A DNA stretch of 40,711 bases from Geobacter sp. (GTDB lineage: Bacteria; Myxococcota_A; UBA9160; JADFDR01): the NCBI GenBank assembly GCA_018262735.1, contig JADFDR010000002.1:1-40711 (forward strand). The letters are read 5' to 3'. A program made the translations under genes and the position numbers. Position 1 is the first letter of the stretch; the number at the start of each line of letters is the position of its first letter. Below the pieces are notes generated by a model. The model was not told where the DNA came from and searched no databases. It worked only from the letters and a program-made list of their open reading frames with translations. This document shows, piece by piece, positions 9,047-17,627 of the stretch.

Positions 9047-9294
9047 CGCTGCCTGCGGTCGAGCGAGGCCTTTCCGCAGGAAACCTCCACCGCATGCGCA
9101 GCGACGAAAGCGGCCCATTCCGCAGCGCTCCGAATCAAGCGAACGAAACCGAACGAAGTGAACGTAAAGGAGCCCTGACCCATTCCGCTTCCTGAATGCA
9201 GGTTGATTGTCCACCGACGGAAAATATCCATCCTGATTTTGGAAAAAACGAAAAAAGCGGAATGCGTTCGAGGCTCCTGAAATCGGCCTTGGAA

Positions 9295-10572
9295 ATGGTC
9301 GAGCCAACTTGGGGGAAGATCTTGAGCAAGCAGAGCAACGAAGCACTCGCGGGCATCCGCGTCATCGAACTCGGGCAAATGATTTCGGCGCCGTATTGCG
9401 CGAAGCTTTTCGCCGACTTTGGTGCGGACGTCATCAAAGTCGAAGCCCCGGCAAGCACGGGGCTTCCCGGCGATCTCTCGCGCCATTGGGGGCCATTTCC
9501 GAGCGACGAGCCACACCTCGAAAAAAGCGGAACCTTTTTCTTTCTTAACACCAATAAGCGTAGTGTCACGCTCGATGTCGCGCAGGAGAAAGGCCGTGCG
9601 ATTTTGAAGAAACTGCTCGCGCAGGCCGATGTCTTGATCGAAAACTGCCATCCCGGGCAGATGCGCGAGTGGGGACTCGACTTTGCAGCGCTACAGAAAA
9701 TCAATCCACGTCTCGTGATGATCTCGATTACGCCCTTTGGTCAGACTGGACCGTACTGCGACTGGAAAGGTTACGACTTAAACGCCTATCACCTCTCCGG
9801 CGCAAGCCATCGCTATTGCGGACGCCCCGGCGAAGCACCGCTCGAACACGGGACCTTTGCTGCAGATTTCTTTGGTGCCATTTCCGCAGCGACCTGGGGA
9901 CTCGCAGCTGTGTATGGTCGAAGTCTCGTCGCGCAAAACGCGGAAGGCGGCGGACAACAGCTCGACGTCTCGTGTGCCGAAGCGATCGCCGCCGCGTTCG
10001 TCGGTGGACAAAACATCGGCGGCTATGCGCAAGACGGAAAATTCGAACATCGCACCGGCGTAGGAATGCCGCTTGGTGCGCCGGCCACGATCGTTCCCTG
10101 CAAGGATGGCTATGTGTGGATGCTCGCGCTCGAACCGGGCCAGTGGAACGGTCTTGCGAAAGTGATGGGCAATCCCGAGTGGATGCAGCTCGATCTCTTC
10201 CAAGACATGTATGCGCGCGCGCAAAACGCCGACGCGATCTATCCGATGTTGCAAGAATGGACGATGGAGCACTCGAAGCAAGAAATCATGGATTTGTGTC
10301 AGGCCAACGGATGCCCTGTGACGGCGGTCTACAACGTCGCCGAGGCGGCAGCCCAAGAACATCTCAAAGTGCGCGAGTATCTGGTCCATCTCGCACACCC
10401 TCATCTCGGCACGATTCCGACTCTCGGCGCGCCGTTCAAACTACCCAAGAGCCCGGGCGGTCCCAAGCGACCCGCACCGCTGCTTGGCGAACATAACCAA
10501 GAAGTGTATGGCGAAATGCTTAGCCAAGATGCCGCTCTTCTGACCACCTGGAAGCGCGACGGAATCATCTAA
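9295..10572 (+). CDS. family III (CaiB/BaiF) CoA-transferase, Asp-containing subunit (A1)
   Basis: LAGIRVIELGQMISAPYCAKLFADFGADVIKVE, and FGQTGPYCDWKGYDLNAY carrying the conserved family III Asp. Start is uncertain: ATG 9295, ATG 9262 or TTG 9322. The track start 9196 looks too long compared with the paralog. Confidence 0.85.
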   Translation: MVEPTWGKILSKQSNEALAGIRVIELGQMISAPYCAKLFADFGADVIKVEAPASTGLPGDLSRHWGPFPSDEPHLEKSGTFFFLNTNKRSVTLDVAQEKGRAILKKLLAQADVLIENCHPGQMREWGLDFAALQKINPRLVMISITPFGQTGPYCDWKGYDLNAYHLSGASHRYCGRPGEAPLEHGTFAADFFGAISAATWGLAAVYGRSLVAQNAEGGGQQLDVSCAEAIAAAFVGGQNIGGYAQDGKFEHRTGVGMPLGAPATIVPCKDGYVWMLALEPGQWNGLAKVMGNPEWMQLDLFQDMYARAQNADAIYPMLQEWTMEHSKQEIMDLCQANGCPVTAVYNVAEAAAQEHLKVREYLVHLAHPHLGTIPTLGAPFKLPKSPGGPKRPAPLLGEHNQEVYGEMLSQDAALLTTWKRDGII

Positions 10573-10599
10573 CGCATTTTTGAGTTATCGGAGATCGAC

Positions 10600-11835
10600 A
10601 TGGCCAACAAGCTGCCGCTACAAAAAATTCGAGTTGCGAACTTTGGTTGGGTTTGGGCCGGGCCCGTCGTCGGACAAACGCTCGGCTTCCTCGGCGCCGA
10701 GGTCTACAAGATCGAGTCGCGCGCGCGCATCGATCTCACCCGCAACTTGCCACCGTTTGCCGAGGGTGTGCGCGACCCGAACCGCAGCCTCTCGAATCAC
10801 GCGTGCTGGGCGGGCAACGGCAGCATCACGCTCAATCTCAAGAAAGACGAAGCCAAACAACTCGCGCTCGACTTCATCGCGAAGTGCGACGTCGTGATCG
10901 AAAACTTCGGCCCGGGTGTGATGAAACAACTTGGTTTCGGCTACGAAGAACTCTGCAAGGTGAAGCCCGACATCGTGATGTTCTCGATGCCGGCGGCGGG
11001 GTTGTACGGTCCGCTCAAAGACATTCGCACGTACGGGCTGAGTCTCACGAGCACGACCGGACTCGACAGTCTCACGGGTTATCTCGACGGTGCACCGATT
11101 CCCGTCGAAAACGCCTACTCGGATCCCTACAACGGAATTCTCGGCGCGTTTGCAATCGTGGCGGCGCTCCACTATCGCGATCGCAGCGGCGAAGGCCAGC
11201 ACATCGATTACTCGCAACAAGAAGCGATCATGCAGATGGTCGGGCCGGCGTACATGGATTATGTGCTCAACGGACGCGTCGCGGGGCCGATCGAAAATCG
11301 CCATCCGCGCGCTATGGCGTCACCGCACGGTGTATTCCCGTGCGCAGGCGACGATCGCTGGATCAGCATCGCCGTGCTCACCGACGAAGAATGGCAAGGC
11401 TTGCAGTGCGCCGTGAAGAAGGCAGCGGGAAGCGACGCAAGCTGGATCGATGCGCCGGAATTTGCGACGCACGAAGCGCGACTTGCGCATATTGCTTCGC
11501 TGCACGAAAAACTCGCCATGTGGACCAAGCAGTTTGGCGACACCGAACTCGCCGCGCGCTTGCAAGCTGCGGGTGTAGCCGCTGCGCCGGTTTTGAACGT
11601 CGCCGACTTGCTCAACAATCCGCACTACAAGGCGCGCAAGACGTTTCTCGAAGTGACACATCCGCTTGGCTTTGAAGAAACGATCTACGGCGCGTACGTG
11701 AAGATGAGCGAAAGCGAACCGGCGGTGCGTCCCGGGCCGTCGATGGGTCAAGACAACGAACACGTGTTCAAAAATCTGCTTGGGCTACCCGAGGCGCGCT
11801 ACGCAAAGCTCGTCGAAGAGCAGATCATTTACTGA
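10600..11835 (+). CDS. family III CoA-transferase-like subunit lacking the canonical Asp (B1)
   Basis: IRVANFGWVWAGPVVGQTLGFLGAEVYKIE. The loop aligned to the catalytic Asp reads GLYGPLKDIRTYGLSL, with Gly in place of Asp. GGAGA lies 5-6 nt upstream of ATG 10600, which is 27 nt after A1. Confidence 0.85.
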   Translation: MANKLPLQKIRVANFGWVWAGPVVGQTLGFLGAEVYKIESRARIDLTRNLPPFAEGVRDPNRSLSNHACWAGNGSITLNLKKDEAKQLALDFIAKCDVVIENFGPGVMKQLGFGYEELCKVKPDIVMFSMPAAGLYGPLKDIRTYGLSLTSTTGLDSLTGYLDGAPIPVENAYSDPYNGILGAFAIVAALHYRDRSGEGQHIDYSQQEAIMQMVGPAYMDYVLNGRVAGPIENRHPRAMASPHGVFPCAGDDRWISIAVLTDEEWQGLQCAVKKAAGSDASWIDAPEFATHEARLAHIASLHEKLAMWTKQFGDTELAARLQAAGVAAAPVLNVADLLNNPHYKARKTFLEVTHPLGFEETIYGAYVKMSESEPAVRPGPSMGQDNEHVFKNLLGLPEARYAKLVEEQIIY

Positions 11836-12026
11836 TCGGTTCTCCGTCGGTGCGTCGATGGGAGCGCCAAAGGTTGAGCGTGCATGCAAGCGCAGCGTAC
11901 GAGTCTCACCTGAAACGATCTACCCTGTGCATCAAGACGCCACATGCAAGCACACTCTTGCGCGGCGCATTCCATTCTTTCGCATGACACTCCGATTCGC
12001 GCTCTGCAAGCCTTTGCAAAATAGTC

Positions 12027-12041
12027 AAGATACTTTATCTT
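12027..12041. promoter_or_regulatory. AT-rich palindrome AAGATA-CTT-TATCTT, candidate MarR operator
   Basis: 6-bp perfect arms with a 3-nt spacer, ~135 nt upstream of the MarR start. It is preceded by GTCAAG, a half-site of the motif at 17276 and 20167. Confidence 0.3.
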
Positions 12042-12173
12042 TTGCTCGGCTGCGGCGAACGTGCGAGCGCCACAGACAGTGCCAACGAGCAAGGAAAATT
12101 CCCCCAAAAAGAGTGCGATGCGAGACGCTGCGCATGCGATCGTTCTTTGTGCGCGACACTTACGAAAGACACC

Positions 12174-12668
12174 ATGAAGAAGAAAGAATCCGGCTCGATC
12201 GACATCGAAACCTTTCGCGCGACGAACATTGGCCAGCCGCTGATGGAAGTCGCGAAAGATTTTCAACGCCGCGCGCTCGCGAAGTTTTACGAGCGTGGCC
12301 ACGACGAGTTGCAACCGTCGCACCAAGCGGTGCTCGCCTACTTGCATGCTTCGGGCACACGGCTCACGGAACTCGCGGAACTCGCCGGAATGAGCAAGCA
12401 GGCCATGGGGCAGCTCGTCGATGAAATCGAGCGCTTGGGTTACGTCGAGCGCGTGCCCGACCCGAGCGACGGACGGGCCAAGATCGTACGCTTTACGGTG
12501 TCGGGCAAGAAGTTGATTCGCGACGGCACCAAGATCGCGAGCGAAATCCAAGAGCAATATACGGCGCTGATCGGGGTGAAACGCTTCGAGCAATTGCGCG
12601 AAATCCTCGACGAGCTGCGCAGCAAAGCCAAAATGCTGCCGATCGGCGATGAGGTTGGAGAGAAATAA
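12174..12668 (+). CDS. MarR-family transcriptional regulator
   Basis: Winged-helix segment LTELAELAGMSKQAMGQLVDEIERLGYVERVPDPSDGRAKIVRFT. Start set to ATG 12174; the track ORF begins at 12042. The stop overlaps the next gene as TAATG. Confidence 0.85.
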   Translation: MKKKESGSIDIETFRATNIGQPLMEVAKDFQRRALAKFYERGHDELQPSHQAVLAYLHASGTRLTELAELAGMSKQAMGQLVDEIERLGYVERVPDPSDGRAKIVRFTVSGKKLIRDGTKIASEIQEQYTALIGVKRFEQLREILDELRSKAKMLPIGDEVGEK

Positions 12669-13828
12669 TGTTTGCACTGCAGGGCTTGCGCATCCTCGAT
12701 CTTTCCCGGCACGCACCCGGGCCGTACTGCAGCATGTTGATGGCGGATCTTGGCGCCGACGTAATCGTGGTCGAGGCGCCTACGACGCATAAAAGCGTTG
12801 GTTCGGCGATGGGCATCAGCGATCGCGACATAGCGTTCAATCCCGTCGGACGCGGCAAGCGTTCGATCGCGCTCAATCTCAAAGATCCGGCCGCGCGCGA
12901 AGTCTGCTTGCAGCTTGCAAAAAACGCCGATGTCGTGCTCGAAGGCTTTCGACCTGGCGTCGCGACACGACTCGGTGTCGACTACGACGCCTTGCGCGCG
13001 ATGAAACCCGATTTGATCTATTGCTCGATCAGCGGCTACGGCCAAACCGGCCCCTACGCGCCGCTCGTCGGACACGATCTCAACTACATCAGCATCGGCG
13101 GTGCGCTCGGCATGATCGGAACGCCCGGCGGTGCGCCGACGATTCCGATGAACGCGATCGCAGATTTTGCGGGCGGCGGTCTCTTCGCAGCCTTCGCGGT
13201 GCTCGCGGCCGTGGTGCATCACAAGAACACCGGCGAAGGTCAATACATCGACATGGCAATGAGCGACGGCGTGCTGTCGCTCATCGGGCTGCTCGCCGGC
13301 GAAACGCTCGCCAAAGGCCGCCCCCCACGACCGGGCCAGCATTACTTGAATGGTGCCTTGCCTTGCTATCACGTCTACGAAACTTCCGACGGAAAATGGC
13401 TCAGCGTCGGCTGCATGGAGCCTTGGTTTTGGGCGCGTCTTTGCAAGCAACTCGGTTGCGAAGAGTTCAGCAACGAACAATTCAACACCGAAAAGTTTCC
13501 CGAGATTTTTGCGTTCTTGCGCGCGCGCTTCCAAGAAAAAACGCGCGACGAATGGTTTGCACAACTCAAGGACGATGAAATCTGCGCGACGCCCGTCTAC
13601 GAACTCGACGAAGCGCTGCGCGACCCGCATCTGATCGCACGCAAGATGGTCGTCGAAGTCGAAGATGCGAAGTACGGAAAAATTCCGCAGGTCGGCATCG
13701 CACCGAAATTCTCGAAGACGCCCGGCAAAGTGCGAGGCACCGCTCCGCGCGTCGGTGAACACAGCGAGGAGATCTTGCGCGAGCTGGGTTACTCGGCCGA
13801 CGCGATCGCAAAACTCACGGGAAAGTAA
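12668..13828 (+). CDS. family III CoA-transferase / alpha-methylacyl-CoA racemase-like protein
   Basis: LRILDLSRHAPGPYCSMLMADLGADVIVVE, and ISGYGQTGPYAPLVGHDLNYISIGG (the GHD-NY motif typical of racemase-type members). 386 aa. Confidence 0.85.
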   Translation: MFALQGLRILDLSRHAPGPYCSMLMADLGADVIVVEAPTTHKSVGSAMGISDRDIAFNPVGRGKRSIALNLKDPAAREVCLQLAKNADVVLEGFRPGVATRLGVDYDALRAMKPDLIYCSISGYGQTGPYAPLVGHDLNYISIGGALGMIGTPGGAPTIPMNAIADFAGGGLFAAFAVLAAVVHHKNTGEGQYIDMAMSDGVLSLIGLLAGETLAKGRPPRPGQHYLNGALPCYHVYETSDGKWLSVGCMEPWFWARLCKQLGCEEFSNEQFNTEKFPEIFAFLRARFQEKTRDEWFAQLKDDEICATPVYELDEALRDPHLIARKMVVEVEDAKYGKIPQVGIAPKFSKTPGKVRGTAPRVGEHSEEILRELGYSADAIAKLTGK

Positions 13829-14035
13829 CGCTACGGCTGCGCGAACGGCATGATCTCCGACGCTGCGCGGCCATGCTCACGCAGACGCGCCTCACGTCTT
13901 TGCATCTCTGCAGACACGCGCCAGGCGCTCCACGTCTTGGCCATCGCACGATGCACCCTACACGCGTGCACTTGCAGCTTCGCAGCGCACGGCGCGAAGC
14001 ACGGCGCACAAAATTTCATTCGTCACTTTTTTGTG

Positions 14036-15883
14036 TTATCCGCGAACCACCGGCAGAATCAAGCAGGATGGATGCGCGGCGTCGTGATGCACGTTTTGCT
14101 TGGCCTTGCGACGATCGCTCGCGCTCGCGCGCGCGATCTCGACTTTTGCATTGGGATTGCAATCGAACTTCGGAAAATTGCTGCTGCTCACTTCCAGACG
14201 CAAACGATGGCCGGGCAAAAAGACATACGCCGTATCGAGAAGCGAAATCGAAAGCGGCACGATCTCGCCCGGCGTGAGCCAAGCTTCGCGATCCATTCCG
14301 TTGCGATAGCGCGCACGCAAAATGCCTTCCGCCACCGGCGCGCAGTAGCCGTTCGCATCCACGTCGACGAGCTTCGCCGTAAAATCCGTGTCCGGTGCAT
14401 CGCTCGAAATCCAAAGCTCAAGCGAAACCGGGCCGGCGATGCGCAGTGCATCCTGCAAAACTTCGCTGCTATACACCAAAACGTCGTCGCGCATTTCGAC
14501 TTCGCTCTGATCGAGCACACCAGGCGAACCGAAGATCGGCGCCAGGCTTCGGCAACCGCGCGTCGGCACCGGGTCGCTCGGATCGTACACATAACGATCC
14601 ACCGTCTCGTCCGTCGGAGCACGGCGCGAAAGCTCGCCATTGCCCAGGCGCGTGTTGGCGCGACCTTGGCTGTGCAAGAAGAAATTTTCTTTGGCGTGCG
14701 ACGGCGGCCAGCTCGAAGTTTCGCGCCATTGATTTTCGCCCATCGAGAAGTAGCGCACGCGCGCCACGGCTTGCTGCACCGGTTGCGAGGCGTTTTCAGA
14801 TTTGAGCGCTTCGCCGCGCAAATACGGCTCGAAAAATTCCAGCACCAATTCACTCACACCCGCCGGCCCCGCCACGGCCTCCGGCCCGAACTCGCGCTCA
14901 CCTGCGGCCGTCGGACGAATGCTCATGTAGGTGATGTGATCCCACGGACCAAACACCAATCGGTGTGTATCGCGCACTTCGGAGCGTGGATGCTTCTTCA
15001 GACTTTCGTTCAAATCCAAGTGGCCTTGCAAAAAGCCGTCGTACCAACCTGCGATTTGCAACACGGGCACTTGGATCTCTGTGCAACGCGCCGCCACATC
15101 CACACTGCGCCAGAACTCATCGTACTTGGGATGATCGAGCCACTCGCGCCAAAACGGCGCGTGCTCAGCGTGCTCCGCGTCAGCACTGCAAGTCGCCGCG
15201 CTACAAAGTGCAGTGTTATCGCGAAGCGGAATCTCTCGCACGGCTTTCCAGGGATCTTTCGCCGCTGCCATCAACTTGCCAAACGCTTGCAATCGCTCGG
15301 CCTCCGGAAGCCGCAACGCACGATCCCAAGCCAAATTGAGCGCCCACCAAAAATTGAAACCGAGTTCGAATGCGCCGCCGCTATACGCCCAGCCCGCGTG
15401 ATAGTTCGCGCCCGTCATGTAGGCAACGCAAGCCTTGAGATGGGGAGGCGCTGCGACGGCAGCTTGCAATGCAGTGACACCGTTGTAGGACGATCCGTAG
15501 ATGCCGACGTTGCCATTGCTCCACGGCTGCCTGGCCGCCCACTCGATGGTGTCGTAACCGTCGTTCCCTTCGCAGGCAAAGGGCTGCCATTCTCCCTCGG
15601 AAGCGAAACGTCCTCGTGTATCCTGCACGAGCACGACGTAACCGCGCTCGGCGGCAAGCAGCGGATTGAGCATCAAGCCGCCGACGACCCAGGCATCACT
15701 TTTGTTGTAGGGAGTGCGGTGCACGAGTACGGGATGCTGCGTTTTCGCCTGCGTGGCACCCCGCGCAGAATCCCATGCTTCCTTCGCGCAAGAATCGGCG
15801 GGTCGGTAGATGTCCGTCGCAAGCTTGACGCCGTCCCGCATCGAGACCATCACATCGCGCTCAACGGTAATCGCTCGGCTCAT
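14036..15883 (-). CDS. CocE/NonD family hydrolase (S15 X-Pro dipeptidyl-peptidase fold)
   Basis: MRDGVKLATDIYRP, LVHRTPYNK and the nucleophile elbow GIYGSSYNG. 615 aa. GGAGG lies 5 nt upstream of ATG 15883. Confidence 0.88.
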   Translation of the reverse strand: MSRAITVERDVMVSMRDGVKLATDIYRPADSCAKEAWDSARGATQAKTQHPVLVHRTPYNKSDAWVVGGLMLNPLLAAERGYVVLVQDTRGRFASEGEWQPFACEGNDGYDTIEWAARQPWSNGNVGIYGSSYNGVTALQAAVAAPPHLKACVAYMTGANYHAGWAYSGGAFELGFNFWWALNLAWDRALRLPEAERLQAFGKLMAAAKDPWKAVREIPLRDNTALCSAATCSADAEHAEHAPFWREWLDHPKYDEFWRSVDVAARCTEIQVPVLQIAGWYDGFLQGHLDLNESLKKHPRSEVRDTHRLVFGPWDHITYMSIRPTAAGEREFGPEAVAGPAGVSELVLEFFEPYLRGEALKSENASQPVQQAVARVRYFSMGENQWRETSSWPPSHAKENFFLHSQGRANTRLGNGELSRRAPTDETVDRYVYDPSDPVPTRGCRSLAPIFGSPGVLDQSEVEMRDDVLVYSSEVLQDALRIAGPVSLELWISSDAPDTDFTAKLVDVDANGYCAPVAEGILRARYRNGMDREAWLTPGEIVPLSISLLDTAYVFLPGHRLRLEVSSSNFPKFDCNPNAKVEIARASASDRRKAKQNVHHDAAHPSCLILPVVRG

Positions 15884-15935
15884 TCAAGCCTCCGCCTTGC
15901 CCGCGGATCGCGTCGGCGCTCTGACTCGCCGATCT

Positions 15936-15952
15936 TCAAGCGACTCGCTTGA
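15936..15952. promoter_or_regulatory. 17-bp palindrome TCAAGCG-ACT-CGCTTGA, candidate operator upstream of the CocE/NonD gene
   Basis: Perfect 7-bp arms, 53-69 nt upstream of ATG 15883. Confidence 0.3.
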
Positions 15953-15968
15953 TCGATTTGCTTGCGAT

Positions 15969-16003
15969 GTAGGCTCTGCGGCAGGACGCGCTGCAGAGCC
16001 TAC
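15969..16003 (-). terminator. GC-rich hairpin just downstream of the nitronate-monooxygenase-family gene
   Basis: GTAGGCTCTGC (15969-15979) pairs perfectly with GCAGAGCCTAC (15993-16003). It starts 10 nt after the stop at 16013. No clear U-tract follows. Confidence 0.4.
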
Positions 16004-16012
16004 ACCAAAGAG

Positions 16013-17113
16013 TTATTCGTCTTCGCCGCAGATCTGATCGAAGACTTCGTAAGCCTCTTCGACCATGTCGAGCACGATCTGACGCGCGGGTTTCATTGAC
16101 GTCACGAAATCCACACCTTGGCCAGCGGCTTCGGTCATGAAATCCGGCATGTTCCAGTCGATCGCCGATTGCTTCACATCTGCGAAGAGCAGCAATTGAT
16201 ACGGAGCCGGAGCCGGTCGCGGCGCATCCGGGCGCTCCCACTCTTCATGCCACTTACACTTTAATGTGCGCATCGTGAAGCCCGAGATGCAGTTCGAATA
16301 CGCCGTGTCGGTGGCCTTCGCCGCAAGCAATTTCTCTTTGATGATCATGTCGACGTCGGACTCGCGCGACGGAAGCCAAACCGTTCCCGTCCACACACCT
16401 TGCGCGCCGAGCGCGATCGCGCCGGCCAAGTGACGCCCGGTGGTGACACCGCCGCCCGCGATCACCGGCGTATCGCCCGCAATCGCCACGACTTGCGGCA
16501 CGATCGAAAACGTACCGATCGGACCGGTGTGACCCGCGGCATCGTTGCCTTGCGCGATCACCGCATCGACGCCCGCTTCAATTTCGCGTTGCGCTTGGCG
16601 CGGTTTTCCGACGAGACCCCAAACCTTCATGCCTCGTGCGTGCGCGGCGTCGAGCACGAACGCCGGATTTCCAAGACCCGAGGCAAGCACGGGAACATTG
16701 TTCTCGAGTACGACTTCGAGTTGGCGGCGCGGCGTTTCTTTGTTTACCCAACCGAGGTCATAGAGTTCGGGAGTTTTCTTCGGCGCGGGAATGTTGTGGC
16801 GCTTCTTCATCTCTTCCACAAATTTGCGTTGGGCTTCGGGAATCTGCGCCTTCAAATCGTCGATCGAACCGACGGCCGGCACCGAGGCCGGAAAAACCAA
16901 GTCGATGCCGAACGGCTTCGAACCCACCTTCTCGCGCAACCACTTGATGTCCGCCTCGATTTCTTCGGGCGAATGTTGCGTTTCACCGAGCACTGCAAAA
17001 CCACCGGCGTTGATCACCGCAGCAGCGACGTCTTTGCAATGCGTAAAAGCAATGATGGGATATTCGATACCGAGCTCTTGCACGAGCCGTGTCTTCAGCG
17101 GGTCTTTGGCCAC
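16013..17113 (-). CDS. nitronate monooxygenase / 2-nitropropane dioxygenase (FabK-like) family flavoenzyme
   Basis: LGIEYPIIAFTHCKD and GVDAVIAQGNDAAGHTGPIGTFSIVPQVV. Start set to GTG 17113 with AAGGAG 6 nt upstream; the track start is 17203. Confidence 0.85.
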   Translation of the reverse strand: MAKDPLKTRLVQELGIEYPIIAFTHCKDVAAAVINAGGFAVLGETQHSPEEIEADIKWLREKVGSKPFGIDLVFPASVPAVGSIDDLKAQIPEAQRKFVEEMKKRHNIPAPKKTPELYDLGWVNKETPRRQLEVVLENNVPVLASGLGNPAFVLDAAHARGMKVWGLVGKPRQAQREIEAGVDAVIAQGNDAAGHTGPIGTFSIVPQVVAIAGDTPVIAGGGVTTGRHLAGAIALGAQGVWTGTVWLPSRESDVDMIIKEKLLAAKATDTAYSNCISGFTMRTLKCKWHEEWERPDAPRPAPAPYQLLLFADVKQSAIDWNMPDFMTEAAGQGVDFVTSMKPARQIVLDMVEEAYEVFDQICGEDE

Positions 17114-17275
17114 GTTCTTCTCCTTCGGAAATTTGCAATTTGCGGATTGGATTGGGTCGCGAAGCGACGCCCCGCGACTCGATGTCCGCGCGAACTTTGC
17201 CATCGGCGCGCCGGGGCGGCAAGCGTTGGCAGGTCAAAACGCGGGCGAGCGAATCATCGCATCGAATCCAAATCG

Positions 17276-17290
17276 GTCAAGGGGCCTGAC
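17276..17290. promoter_or_regulatory. operator-like motif GTCAAG-GGG-CCTGAC
   Basis: Same arms as the two sites at 20167 and 20204. Lies in the divergent region between the NMO-family gene and the second CoA-transferase pair. Confidence 0.35.
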
Positions 17291-17627
17291 TATTTTGCGC
17301 AACTGAGCTATGGACTCGAAACGGCGCGCCACGCAAGCCGCACCGAAGGCAAGTCGCCTGCGTTTTTGCTCACGAAGGGTGAGAATGCGCGGTGGAAATC
17401 ATGGTGAAAAGCATGATGAAAAGGGATGGCAAGTGCGAAGAGCCCTTGTGCGACTTGAAGTGCATGAATCCAAGGCACGAATTTGCGCCACGCAAACAAA
17501 GAGCGAGTCGCCAGCAAACCGGAACGCGCAGGCCCTGGCGCACGAAAACCGAAAGGCTTCCGAGGAAGAGCGTCAAAACGGGGCGGCACAAAACATCCAT
17601 TCGCGCATGTCGCGAACGAGGAGTTTC

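Noticed and set aside
9165-9179. Possible fourth copy of the GTCAAG-N3-CCTGAC motif upstream of A1 (…GTAAAGGAGCCCTGAC)
   Set aside because: Only the right arm matches. The left arm and spacing do not.
12440-13762. 440-aa minus-strand ORF
   Set aside because: Antisense shadow of the MarR and racemase-like genes, with no motifs. The plus-strand products have clear family signatures.
13850-15952. 700-aa plus-strand ORF
   Set aside because: Antisense to the CocE/NonD hydrolase. The translation is Arg-rich and low in complexity, and the minus strand has the S15 hydrolase motifs and a good RBS.
17310-17627. Upstream extension of the A2 ORF, and similar extensions at 20260-20439, 25832-25966, 35193-35345, 37864-37947 and 39018-39197
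   Set aside because: The extensions are basic and low in complexity. They are not shared between paralogs, and strong SD sequences sit in front of the internal starts.
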